Origin: a virus
Virus record (IMG/VR): IMGVR_UViG_3300025528_000004
Reading direction: 5' to 3' (one strand)
Length of the DNA: 33,474 nucleotides
The position numbers and the translations under genes were made by a program. Shown here one piece after another: positions 22,935 through 31,345 of the stretch. Each line of letters opens with the position of its first letter. Position 1 is the stretch's first letter. Below the pieces are notes generated by a model, which was not told the DNA's origin, did not search any database, and saw only the letters and a program-made list of their open reading frames with translations.

Positions 22935-23630
22935 TCAGGTTGCGTTTGCTGAGAGGTGCGCATAGACCATGTCGAGTATTGCCTGCCGGTCTGCGTCGCT
23001 GATCCCGACCAAAGGGCGGCGTGGATAGGTGAGGGGCTGGGCCTTGCGCGCCGGGCGATCCCGCAGGCCCTCATGGTGAATGCGGGCGATTTCCGCGGCG
23101 CGGCCGGTGAAGCCGACCCAGAAGCTATGATCATCCTCCCCAAAGCGCAGAAAGCGGGCTGTGGCAAGACGGCGGAACATGGCCTTGCGGCGCAGGTTGC
23201 CGCGACGCCGCAGGCGGCCTCCTGTCTTGTTGCGGTATTCCTCGTCAACCGGCAGCCACTTGATGATCTTGTCATGGAAGAAGCTGCGGATGCCGCCTGC
23301 CTCGATGTCAAAGCCGGTCATCATGTAGGAGTCGCCGGTTTTCTCGAGGGCATACTGGCGCAGGATTACCTTCCGGGCTGGGCCGGAGCCGCCCGAGGGG
23401 TACAGGAAGCAGACAGTTTGATTGACGGTGCGCGCGGGTTCGCGCGGGCGGCGCGGCTCGAAGGCGGTGCCGTCCGGAGCCTTCTGCGCCGCGATGCGCG
23501 CCCGGTTGCGTGCGGCCATCTCGCGGGCCATGCGGCGCAGCAGCGAGCGCCGTTGGCCAGCGGAGAGCTGGCGAATCAGGCCTCCGGCGATGCGCTCGAT
23601 CTCGACCAGGTCGTCGGTGTCATCGCTCAC
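22935..23630 (-). CDS. S: Tail completion / virion morphogenesis protein S (with internal insertion of about 80 aa)
   Basis: N-terminus ..LSAGQRRSLLRRMAREMAARNRARIAAQKAPDGTAFEPR and C-terminus ..HHEGLRDRPARKAQPLTYPRRPLVGISDAD are collinear with P2 gpS. 231 aa against about 150 aa recalled for P2. Confidence 0.8.
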   Translation of the reverse strand: MSDDTDDLVEIERIAGGLIRQLSAGQRRSLLRRMAREMAARNRARIAAQKAPDGTAFEPRRPREPARTVNQTVCFLYPSGGSGPARKVILRQYALEKTGDSYMMTGFDIEAGGIRSFFHDKIIKWLPVDEEYRNKTGGRLRRRGNLRRKAMFRRLATARFLRFGEDDHSFWVGFTGRAAEIARIHHEGLRDRPARKAQPLTYPRRPLVGISDADRQAILDMVYAHLSANAT

Positions 23631-24151
23631 GCGTCGACCTCGGGCGGTATGCCTGGCTTGAGATCGGCGTCAGGGTTCTTGGATTGGGCGAGCAGTTCGG
23701 TCCCGCCGTAGCATTGCAACAGCCACGAGGCGCGGATGCCGGGAAAGGCGTCGGCCGGTGGCGGGGCCGGACGGCTGATATCTACCCCGCTGCCGTCTTC
23801 GCGTGGCGTGACGATGACCGGCTCGGTCAGGTCGAGCTGGAACAGCAGGTCGACGCGTTTGCGGTCGAGAATCTCGGCCTCGTAGCGGAACGGCTGGCTG
23901 TCGTCGCGTTTGAGGAGGTCCGGCTGCTCCAGTTCGATCCATGCGAGCAGTGGCACCACAATCTGGTCCGGACTGCCCGCGTAATCGGTCAGCAGCACAG
24001 AGAGGGTGTAGCTGTAGGCAAACGAGAGGCTTTCGCCGCTCCGCGCCCTGACGCTTCCGGCGTCGACGTAGATCTGCAGCTGGTCCGGGTTCTGCTTCAA
24101 CTCCGGTAAGCAGGCCTCGAGCCAGCTGCGCAAACTGTCAGCCTTGCGCAT
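23627..24151 (-). CDS. R: Tail completion protein R
   Basis: Start at MRKADSLRSWLEACLPELKQNPDQLQIYVDAGS, collinear with P2 gpR (MLKPDSLRRAL..NPDMLRIFVDNGS). Confidence 0.85.
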   Translation of the reverse strand: MRKADSLRSWLEACLPELKQNPDQLQIYVDAGSVRARSGESLSFAYSYTLSVLLTDYAGSPDQIVVPLLAWIELEQPDLLKRDDSQPFRYEAEILDRKRVDLLFQLDLTEPVIVTPREDGSGVDISRPAPPPADAFPGIRASWLLQCYGGTELLAQSKNPDADLKPGIPPEVDA

Positions 24152-24437
24152 CGCAGCCGTCCTTGTCGTGCCAGGCAATCAGCCGCTCGAGCTGGTCAAC
24201 GGCTTCAGCATAGCCTTGCGCCAGCCTGATCGCGGCTTCGCGGACAGCCTTCGGCATCGTGGCGACGGCGTCTTCCGGGAAGCCTGCCGGTCGCTGTGGG
24301 CAGGCGAGCAGTTCGGCGGGCGGTGTGTCGCGGATCTCGACGGCGACCGCTGTCGGCGCCGGGTCAGCCGCGCGGTGCGCGCAGGCCTGCAACGCGATTG
24401 AGAGCAGCAAACCAGCTGCCAGTGACCTGATCATCAT
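24138..24437 (-). CDS. o-spanin (outer-membrane lipoprotein, Rz1-like)
   Basis: MMIRSLAAGLLLSIALQAC gives a signal peptide plus lipobox LQAC. Its 5' 74 nt overlap the i-spanin 3' end in another frame. Confidence 0.7.
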   Translation of the reverse strand: MMIRSLAAGLLLSIALQACAHRAADPAPTAVAVEIRDTPPAELLACPQRPAGFPEDAVATMPKAVREAAIRLAQGYAEAVDQLERLIAWHDKDGCDAQG

Positions 24438-24831
24438 GGACCTGTTCCTCGGCGGTGTTTATGGCGGACAGAGCAGCAAGGCGGGCCTCAAGCCGGGCTT
24501 GCCGGCGCTCGGCATCGCGCGCCTGTTTTTCCTCGCGGGCGCGCATGGCGGCGATCAGCGTCTCGGCCGTTTTGCCCTGCGCCTCGCTCCTGAAGCGGGC
24601 GAGTTGCTGAACCTGCTTGGCACAGGCCTCGCCGGGCTTGCCTTCGCCCGTGACGAAAGCGCTGCCGGCCGCTGCGCAGATCCGCTCGGCCCGGTGCGTG
24701 GTGTCCGCAAGGTCTGCCCTGGTGCTGGCATAGGATGCCCACAGCCATGCCGCTGCCACGGCAAGGGCGATGAGCGTCAGGAAGGAACGGTTGCGGCCCA
24801 GAAAGCCGAAGAGGCTAGACAAGGCTGTCAT
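24364..24831 (-). CDS. i-spanin (Rz-like)
   Basis: N-terminal TM FLTLIALAVAAAWLW, then a charged coiled-coil (REEKQARDAERRQARLEARL). Follows the endolysin. Confidence 0.7.
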   Translation of the reverse strand: MTALSSLFGFLGRNRSFLTLIALAVAAAWLWASYASTRADLADTTHRAERICAAAGSAFVTGEGKPGEACAKQVQQLARFRSEAQGKTAETLIAAMRAREEKQARDAERRQARLEARLAALSAINTAEEQVHDDQVTGSWFAALNRVAGLRAPRG

Positions 24832-25483
24832 GGTTCAGCTCCCAGATGGCTTTGGCGCGGGTGAGATAGCGACGGCGCTCTTCCAGCCCGTTGGTGCCGC
24901 CGTTGATGCGCCGGGTGATGGCGACCAGGGCATCATCGTCCGCCAGGGCATTGAGATTGCGGTCGGACCAGAACAGGCAGGCGATCAGCACCGCCAGTTC
25001 GGGTTCAGCGGCCCTCTGCGGCTGGTTGATGAGGTCGATGCCGACGCGCTTGCCGTAGTTCCAGTAGTTGGCCTTGCCGGTCAGCTGGAAGATGCCCCGG
25101 CCCCGGTAACGCTCGCCATCGCCAGGGGCGTTGTTGCCAAGGTCGCGCCGGTAGTCGTAGCGCTGCAGGTAGTCGTCATACGGGTCCGGGTCCGGGCCGT
25201 CGCCGGAGCCCAGCTCGACAAAGTGGCGGAAGCCGCCGGTCTCATGCGCCGCTTGCGCGAGGAAATGGCTCATGCGCAAGGGCGTCGAGATGTCGAAGCG
25301 GCGGAAGTCACCGGCCATGGCGGTGCCGAGCAGAAGCCCCAGCGAGCCGAGCGGGCGGGCGGCGATATAGCTGCACCAGGCGGCGAGCGTTTTCGGGCCG
25401 ATGATACCGTCAACTCCACCCGGCTCGTAACCGGCTTTGACCAGATTGGCCTGTGCAGCGAAGATCTGTCGGGCCGGGATCAT
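24815..25483 (-). CDS. Endolysin: PG-binding domain + glycoside hydrolase family 19-like muramidase
   Basis: LVKAGYEPGGVDGIIGPKTLAAW (PG_binding_1). HFLAQAAHETGGF ... YRGRGIFQLTGKANY ... INGGTNGLEER (GH19 lysozyme motifs). Confidence 0.9.
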   Translation of the reverse strand: MIPARQIFAAQANLVKAGYEPGGVDGIIGPKTLAAWCSYIAARPLGSLGLLLGTAMAGDFRRFDISTPLRMSHFLAQAAHETGGFRHFVELGSGDGPDPDPYDDYLQRYDYRRDLGNNAPGDGERYRGRGIFQLTGKANYWNYGKRVGIDLINQPQRAAEPELAVLIACLFWSDRNLNALADDDALVAITRRINGGTNGLEERRRYLTRAKAIWELNHDSLV

Positions 25484-25821
25484 TTGTCCCTCCCGATGCG
25501 GGCCTTCAGCAGGGCAGGCAGCTCGGCCGCCAGATCGCTCGCGGCGCGGATAAAACCGGGCGCGGCTTCAAAGGCGATCATCGCGATGACGAACCCGCAG
25601 GCCTGCGCGACAAACGGCGTGAAGTCGAAGATCTCGGCGGCGGCTCGGGTCACGTAGTAGCTGACACAGATGCCGACGATCCACTGGACCAGGCGCTGCT
25701 TCCACGGCAGGCCGGGCCGCCAAGCCTGGGCGACCGCCGAGCCGATGGCGGCGGGGGTCAGGGCGGCAGCAGCGGCGCGGGTCTGCTCCCACAGTTCATT
25801 CAGCAGGTCAGTCAGGGTCAT
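25480..25821 (-). CDS. Putative holin
   Basis: 113 aa with 2-3 hydrophobic segments (WIVGICVSYYV, FVAQACGFVIAMIAF) and a charged C-terminus. ATGA overlap with the endolysin start. Confidence 0.55.
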   Translation of the reverse strand: MTLTDLLNELWEQTRAAAAALTPAAIGSAVAQAWRPGLPWKQRLVQWIVGICVSYYVTRAAAEIFDFTPFVAQACGFVIAMIAFEAAPGFIRAASDLAAELPALLKARIGRDK

Positions 25822-25824
25822 ATC

Positions 25825-26034
25825 TCAGTCCCACAGCTGTACGAGCGGGCGCGTCAGCGGCTGGCTCGTGATGTCAGGGAGGCGGACCCGTGTGCCGATC
25901 GGGAGCACAGGGCCGAGGTCGGCAAGGCCCGGGTTGAGTTCGAGGACGCGGGCGATGTCGGTGGCTTTGAGCCCGGCGTCTCGCCAGATGAGCGCGTCGA
26001 GCGTGTCGCCCTGGCGGGAGATGACCGTGCGCAT
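25825..26034 (-). CDS. X: Tail protein X (LysM-like)
   Basis: MRTVISRQGDTLDALIWRDAG...NPGLADLGPVLPIGTRVRLPD is collinear with P2 gpX. Confidence 0.85.
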   Translation of the reverse strand: MRTVISRQGDTLDALIWRDAGLKATDIARVLELNPGLADLGPVLPIGTRVRLPDITSQPLTRPLVQLWD

Positions 26035-26036
26035 CG

Positions 26037-26543
26037 TCAGATCAGTTCGACAATGGTGCGCGGCTTGCCAAGGATATCGCGCACGGCGTGCAGAGCGTCG
26101 CGGCGCAGGTCGCCGATGCTCTCCTCAAGTTCGGTCAGATCCTTGCCGCCCGCGGCCGTGGTGTCGAAGTCGCGGTACCGCTCGATCAGCTCGGCCTTGG
26201 CGTAGAGGCCCACAGCCCGCTTGTATTGCTGCACCAGCACCGAGACGCCGCCGATCTGCGTCGCCGGAATGGCGTCAAGCGCCGCATGGCCTTTCGCCTT
26301 CTGCTGAGCGGCCCACGTGGCCAGATCGTTGGAGACGGTGACGATGGCGGCGATGATGGCGGCTTTCAGCACGTCGGCTGTCACGGATGAGGAAATCCTG
26401 GCGATGAGCCGGATTTCGGCCGAGTCCACGTCGGGAAAGAAGCCGTCGTTGGTGATGACGGCGTCCGGCTCCGGTTGGATCGGGGAAGGCGAGCAGCGGT
26501 TGGGGAGGGCAACAAAGCTCATAGGCGGCTCTTGGTCGGTCAC
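26037..26543 (-). CDS. L: Head completion/stabilisation protein L
   Basis: ..NDGFFPDVDSAEIRLIARISSSVTADVLKAAIIAAI.. is a gpL-type motif. The start is ambiguous: GTG at 26543 or ATG at 26522. Confidence 0.85.
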   Translation of the reverse strand: MTDQEPPMSFVALPNRCSPSPIQPEPDAVITNDGFFPDVDSAEIRLIARISSSVTADVLKAAIIAAIVTVSNDLATWAAQQKAKGHAALDAIPATQIGGVSVLVQQYKRAVGLYAKAELIERYRDFDTTAAGGKDLTELEESIGDLRRDALHAVRDILGKPRTIVELI

Positions 26544-26564
26544 TCGCCCGGTTTACGGCGGTGG

Positions 26565-26611
26565 GGATCGGTCAGGAGAGGCGAGGCAGATGTCTGCTCT
26601 CTGACCGATCC
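26565..26611 (-). other. Long stem-loop in the M-L intergenic gap
   Basis: GGATCGGTCAG(g)AGAG - 16-nt loop - CTCTCTGACCGATCC, a 15-bp stem with one bulge. No U tract on either strand. Confidence 0.6.
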
Positions 26612-26638
26612 GCCGCCGCGCGCCGGGGGGCGAGCAAG

Positions 26639-27442
26639 TCAACCGGCGTTGCCGGTGTCCTTGATGGCTGGCTCAGCGCCCCTTGCAAGGGCGCGCTCCA
26701 GCCGTTCGATCTCTTTCTTAACGCCGACGCGATCATGCAGGTTGCGGGCCCTGACCAGAGCGTCGCGAGCACTGGCCTGCAAGACTGCCTTCTCGTCGAG
26801 GTTGGCCTCCTGTTCGGCCCGCCGCAGAAACTCAAGGCCGATGGCCTTGAACAGCTTGGCCTTGACTTCGTCGTGCATGTCCTTGTCGGTGACCAGGCTT
26901 TCGGTTCTCTGGAGTACCGACAGGTCGAAGGCGCCTCCGCGGCCGAGTGCAGTCAGTGCTGCATCGGCGATCTCTTCTGTGACCAGCGTTGCCGTGTCGC
27001 GGGCATAGCGGGCGGGCAGGGGCAGGTTGTGCGCCAGCATCGGTTCCGCAATCTGGAGAGCGCCAACATAGTCGCCGGTGTCGATCTTCCAGACCATCAT
27101 GGTTCCGACGATCTCGTCTTCGCGCGCCTCGCCGGTCTGCCCGATGGCGGCAAGCCAGCCTTCGATCCATGCCTCGTATTCCGGCAGCATCAACCTCTTG
27201 GCCTCGACCTTGGCCTGGACGGACTTGATCTCCTTCAGGCGGCGCAGGTCATGGACCAGACGCATATGGAGCTGCGCGGCGGTCGGGTTGTGGGGAGCAG
27301 CGCCAGCAAGGGCCGTCCCCCCGGTGCTGGCCTGCGCACCCTCGGCCGCATCTTCGAGCGCATTGCCGGCCCTTGCCGGGGTCGCCAGTGCGGCGAGCCG
27401 GGCCGCCATGCGCTCACGATGGCGACGGACAAGGCTCATCAA
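26639..27442 (-). CDS. M: Terminase small (endonuclease) subunit M
   Basis: 267 aa between N and L. ..LHMRLVHDLRRLKEIKSVQAKVEAKRLMLPEYEAWIEGWL.. is typical of gpM. Confidence 0.9.
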   Translation of the reverse strand: MMSLVRRHRERMAARLAALATPARAGNALEDAAEGAQASTGGTALAGAAPHNPTAAQLHMRLVHDLRRLKEIKSVQAKVEAKRLMLPEYEAWIEGWLAAIGQTGEAREDEIVGTMMVWKIDTGDYVGALQIAEPMLAHNLPLPARYARDTATLVTEEIADAALTALGRGGAFDLSVLQRTESLVTDKDMHDEVKAKLFKAIGLEFLRRAEQEANLDEKAVLQASARDALVRARNLHDRVGVKKEIERLERALARGAEPAIKDTGNAG

Positions 27443-28488
27443 TTCCCTCCGCCTGCCTTGCCCATGACGATGTTCTCGATGAGCGCCGTGTAGCCGTAGT
27501 CTTCGACCACGTAGGCCTCGTTCCAGCTCTCGTAGTTCTCGATGCGGTCGCGGTCGGGCCGCTCGATGATGTGGCGACGGCGGGTGCCGTTCTGCCAGTA
27601 GATCGACAGGTTCGAGAGCTTGGTGATCAGCAGGGCGTTGCCGGGGAAGAACGGCACAGTGATGGCTGGCCGTCCGCCCAGCTGCTTCGCCGAGTGCAAG
27701 ACCTGGTCACGCGCCACCACTTCCGTTGCGGTCGATCCCGCCTGGTTGATGATCGGGAAGTATTTGTCGTCGAGCAGGTCGCGGCCGCAGATGACCACCA
27801 TGTCAGGGTCGTCTTTTGCCCACGGGTCGAGCAGGCCGAGTGCGTCGTACACCAGCGCGTCGAGGCTGGTGTAATCCACCTCCGCGCCGGGAGTGCCGTT
27901 GCCGACGAAGATCTTGTTTGCCTCGATCTCGCCTTCCGCCATGACCCGCTGCGGGGCGTGCTCGCGGATCTGTTGCAGCCAGCCCTTGTTGACATCCTGA
28001 AGCAGCGGGTACTGCGTCTTGTTGGTGGTGGCGGCGACATGCGTACCGTTCCAGCCGATCATGATGCGGTCGAGGCCCTGCTGCTTCAGCAGCGCATCGC
28101 GGACGCGGATCTGGAAGTCGGGGAACTTTGCCCAGGCGTCGAGCTTGCCGTAGCTCAGGAAGGTGTCGCTGTTGGTCTTCTCGCAGCGGTACTTGTGGTT
28201 TTCCAGACTGGACGGGTCGCTCGGGGTGCGGGTGCCGCCGCCGGACGTGTCGGTTCGGCTGGCGACCGGCCCGGAGATGACAAGGCCGAGCTTCTCGCCT
28301 TCCTGCTCATCGACCGGCAGGATGTTGATCTGCTTCAGGAACTCGCTCGACTCCTGAATTTTGGTCTCAAGCGTCTGCTGGACGGACGGGGTCACCGTGA
28401 ATTTCACGCTGATGTCGTCGGTGCCGTTCAGCTCGGCAATCCGGGCGCAGTACGCATTGTACTGTTGGCGGGTGGTAGGCTTCATCAA
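27439..28488 (-). CDS. N: Major capsid protein N
   Basis: MMKPTTRQQYNAYCARIAELNG..KFTVTPSVQQTLETKIQESSEFLKQINILPV is collinear with P2 gpN over the full length. Confidence 0.95.
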   Translation of the reverse strand: MMKPTTRQQYNAYCARIAELNGTDDISVKFTVTPSVQQTLETKIQESSEFLKQINILPVDEQEGEKLGLVISGPVASRTDTSGGGTRTPSDPSSLENHKYRCEKTNSDTFLSYGKLDAWAKFPDFQIRVRDALLKQQGLDRIMIGWNGTHVAATTNKTQYPLLQDVNKGWLQQIREHAPQRVMAEGEIEANKIFVGNGTPGAEVDYTSLDALVYDALGLLDPWAKDDPDMVVICGRDLLDDKYFPIINQAGSTATEVVARDQVLHSAKQLGGRPAITVPFFPGNALLITKLSNLSIYWQNGTRRRHIIERPDRDRIENYESWNEAYVVEDYGYTALIENIVMGKAGGGN

Positions 28489-28516
28489 CAGGGCCTTTCG
28501 AGGGGGAGGGGTGGGA

Positions 28517-29386
28517 TCAGCAGTCGGTGACGATGCCGCCGGCGCCGCCCGTCACCAGGCGGCGATGCGGGGCCGGAGCCTCGGTTTGCGCCAGCTGCTG
28601 GGTCAGCCGGGTCAGGTCGGCCCGCAGCGATGCGATCTCCTGCTTCGGGCCGGCCAGCGCCTGCTCGATGACGGCGCTGAAGCTGGCCGACATGCGCTCG
28701 GCGAGTGCAGCCATGTTGTCGTTGGCCGGAGGTTGGGACGGGATCGGCGCAACAGGTTGCGCCGGGGCTTCCTGCTGTTGCGGCGCGGGGCGAGCGCCCA
28801 GCTCCGAGAACAACGACGCGAAGAAGGCCTTGATGGCCGTCGCAAGGTCGGAGGTCGCCGCCTCGTCCTCAAAGGCGACGGCGGTCTCCTGAGCGGCCGT
28901 GAACAGATTGCCGGGATCAGACTTGCGGGCGTCCCACATCGGCTTGAGCGCGGAGAACTGAAGGGCTTCGGTGCCGAGGCTGGCCGGGTTGTCGGTGAGG
29001 GCGAGACCGACCAGGCCCGCCTTGCCGGTGTTGGCGAAGTTGGGGGCAACCTCGATGCTGGTGAAGATCTTCTGCCCCTTTTCGACCAGGCGGACCATCT
29101 GGTCGTTGGCCTCGATCCGCGCCAGCAGCGCCAGACGTTTCTCCTTCTTGCCGCCGATCTCCAGTTCGATCTCCTCGGTCTTGAGTGCGACGACCGAGCC
29201 GTAGGCATTGAACGGCGGTTCCGGGCTGAAGCCCTTGATGTGCTCGCAGTTGACGCGGGCCGTGTAGGTTGTCGGGTTGTAGGTCGCGGCCATCTGTTCG
29301 ATCCAGCCGCGCTCGATGACGCGGCCGTCGGTCGTGGCGCCTTCAACAGCGATCCGGGTCCAACGGGTCGTGCGGGTCTTTGCCAT
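28517..29386 (-). CDS. O: Capsid scaffolding protein O
   Basis: Start at MAKTRTTRWTRIAVEGATTDGRVIERGWIEQMAATYNP (gpO-like). The upstream MWRGPLST extension is a palindrome artefact. Confidence 0.9.
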   Translation of the reverse strand: MAKTRTTRWTRIAVEGATTDGRVIERGWIEQMAATYNPTTYTARVNCEHIKGFSPEPPFNAYGSVVALKTEEIELEIGGKKEKRLALLARIEANDQMVRLVEKGQKIFTSIEVAPNFANTGKAGLVGLALTDNPASLGTEALQFSALKPMWDARKSDPGNLFTAAQETAVAFEDEAATSDLATAIKAFFASLFSELGARPAPQQQEAPAQPVAPIPSQPPANDNMAALAERMSASFSAVIEQALAGPKQEIASLRADLTRLTQQLAQTEAPAPHRRLVTGGAGGIVTDC

Positions 29387-29476
29387 AGGGGAGGGCAGCC
29401 TTTTCGTTGCGAATAGCGGTGCGTTCGTGCGCACAGCAGCAGGCCGCAGATGCGGCGGTCTGCTCAAGGTCGTGCG

Positions 29477-29499
29477 TGTGGAGAGCGGGCCTCTCCACA
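29477..29499. promoter_or_regulatory. Late-operon palindrome copy 3: TGTGGAGAG-cgggc-CTCTCCACA, in the divergent O/P control region
   Basis: 9-bp arms, centre at 29488. It lies 49 nt (ATG 29537) or 58 nt (ATG 29546) upstream of P, and 102 nt upstream of the O ATG (29386). Confidence 0.5.
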
Positions 29500-29536
29500 A
29501 ACTGCCTCTCCGGCCGGTGCGTGTCGGGCGGCAAAC

Positions 29537-31345
29537 ATGCCGGTCATGACCGTGCCAACCACAAACCTGTCTCTGTCGACGACGCCGTTTGATGCACGCC
29601 GCCTGGCGCGCAGCCTGTACTGGCGGGGGTGGTCGGTGACGCAGATTGCCGAAGAGCTCCAGCTCAAGCGCCCGACCGTCGAAAGCTGGAAGCAGCGCGA
29701 CAGGTGGGATGACGCGCCCTCAATCCGCAAGCTGGAGGACTGCCTTGAAGTGCGCTTCCAGGCACTGGTGCTGAAGGAGAAGAAGACCGGCGCGGACTTC
29801 AAGGAGATCGACCTTCTCGGCCGCCAGCTGGCCCAGCTGGCGCGCATTCGCCGGTATGAAGCGCCGGGCGGCCACGAGGGCGACCTGAACGAGAAGGTCG
29901 CCAACCGCAACAAGGGGGCGCGCCGGAAGCCCAAACGCAACCACTTCACCGCCGAGCAGGCGGCGAAGCTGCGCGAGATCTTCGAGAGCCAGCTGTTCGG
30001 CTATCAGGAGACGTGGCGGGACAGCTCGAACCTGCGCACGCGCATGATCCTGAAGTCCCGCCAGATCGGCGCGACCTACTACTTCTCTTTCGAGGCGCTG
30101 CTCGACGCCATCGAGACCGGACGCAACCAGATCTTCCTTTCCGCCTCACGCGCCCAGGCGCTTCAGTTCCGCAGCTACATCGTGTCGTTCGCCAAGCTGG
30201 TCGGCGTCGATCTGACCGGAGACCCCATGATGATCACGTCGGAGCTGGTGGGCGAGGAACAGCCGGCGGCCGAGCTGCACTTCCTCGGCACCAACTACCG
30301 CACGGCGCAGGGTCGGCACGGCAACTTCTACTTCGACGAGTTCTTCTGGGTGCATGGCTTCGAGGAGCTGAACAAGGTCGCCTCAGGCATGGCCATGCAC
30401 AAGAAATGGCGGAAAACCTACTTCTCGACCCCCTCGACCGTCGCGCATGAGGCCTATCCCTACTGGACGGGCGAGCGGCACAATCGCCGCCGCAAGAAGG
30501 GCAATCGCATCGAGATCGACGTGAGCCATGCGGCGCTGAAAGACGGCCGCCTGTGCGAGGACGGGATCTGGCGCCACATCGTCACTATCGAGGATGCGGA
30601 AAGGGGCGGCTGCGATCTCTTCGACATCGAGGAGCTGCGCCTGGAGTATGCGCCCGACGAGTTCGCCAATCTGCTGATGTGCGAGTTCGTTGACGACAGC
30701 CTTTCGGCCTTCAGCTTCAACGATCTAGTCAAGTGTGGCGTCGATAGCCTGGTCGAGTGGCCAGACTTCAACCCGGACGCGGCTCGGCCCTTCGGCAACC
30801 GGCCCGTGTGGGCCGGGTATGACCCGCAGGAGAGCGCCGAGGGCGATAACGCCGCGCTCGTCATCGCAGCGCCGCCTGCCGAACCCGGCGGCACCTTCCG
30901 CCTGCTGGAGCGCCACCAGCTCCGCGGTCTCGATTTCGAGCAACAGGACGGGTTCATCCGGGCGACGCTCAGCCGGTACAACTGCACCTATCTCGGGATC
31001 GACGCCACGGGCGTCGGCGCTGCCGTCTACCAGCTGGTGAGCAAGTGGTGCCCGCGGGCAGTGCGCATCGACTACTCGCTCGATGTCAAGGCGCAAATGG
31101 TCCTGAAGGCCCGCAACGTGATCAGCCGCGGGCGACTCGCGTTCGATGCCGGGTGGGTCGACCTGATCGGCGCTTTTCTCTCAATCAAGAAGGTCCTGAC
31201 CGCCTCGGGTCGCAACATGACCTTCAAGGCCGGGCGCGGGGCCGAGACCAGTCACGCCGATATCGCCTGGGCGACAATGCACATTCTCATGAACGAGCCG
31301 CTCGACGGCAAACCCAAGGCCACCGGCCGTATGGAGATCTTCTGA
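29537..31345 (+). CDS. P: Terminase large (ATPase) subunit P
   Basis: MPVMTVPTTNLSLSTTPFDARRLARSLYWRGWSVTQIAEELQLKRPTVESWKQRDRWDD is a typical gpP N-terminus. An alternative ATG lies at 29546. Confidence 0.95.
   Translation: MPVMTVPTTNLSLSTTPFDARRLARSLYWRGWSVTQIAEELQLKRPTVESWKQRDRWDDAPSIRKLEDCLEVRFQALVLKEKKTGADFKEIDLLGRQLAQLARIRRYEAPGGHEGDLNEKVANRNKGARRKPKRNHFTAEQAAKLREIFESQLFGYQETWRDSSNLRTRMILKSRQIGATYYFSFEALLDAIETGRNQIFLSASRAQALQFRSYIVSFAKLVGVDLTGDPMMITSELVGEEQPAAELHFLGTNYRTAQGRHGNFYFDEFFWVHGFEELNKVASGMAMHKKWRKTYFSTPSTVAHEAYPYWTGERHNRRRKKGNRIEIDVSHAALKDGRLCEDGIWRHIVTIEDAERGGCDLFDIEELRLEYAPDEFANLLMCEFVDDSLSAFSFNDLVKCGVDSLVEWPDFNPDAARPFGNRPVWAGYDPQESAEGDNAALVIAAPPAEPGGTFRLLERHQLRGLDFEQQDGFIRATLSRYNCTYLGIDATGVGAAVYQLVSKWCPRAVRIDYSLDVKAQMVLKARNVISRGRLAFDAGWVDLIGAFLSIKKVLTASGRNMTFKAGRGAETSHADIAWATMHILMNEPLDGKPKATGRMEIF

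Noticed and set aside
29443-29456. GCCGCA-ga-TGCGGC as a second late-activator site for the O promoter
   Set aside because: It shares no sequence with the three long palindromes and is short enough to occur by chance in 65-70 percent GC DNA. It is mentioned only inside the O/P finding.
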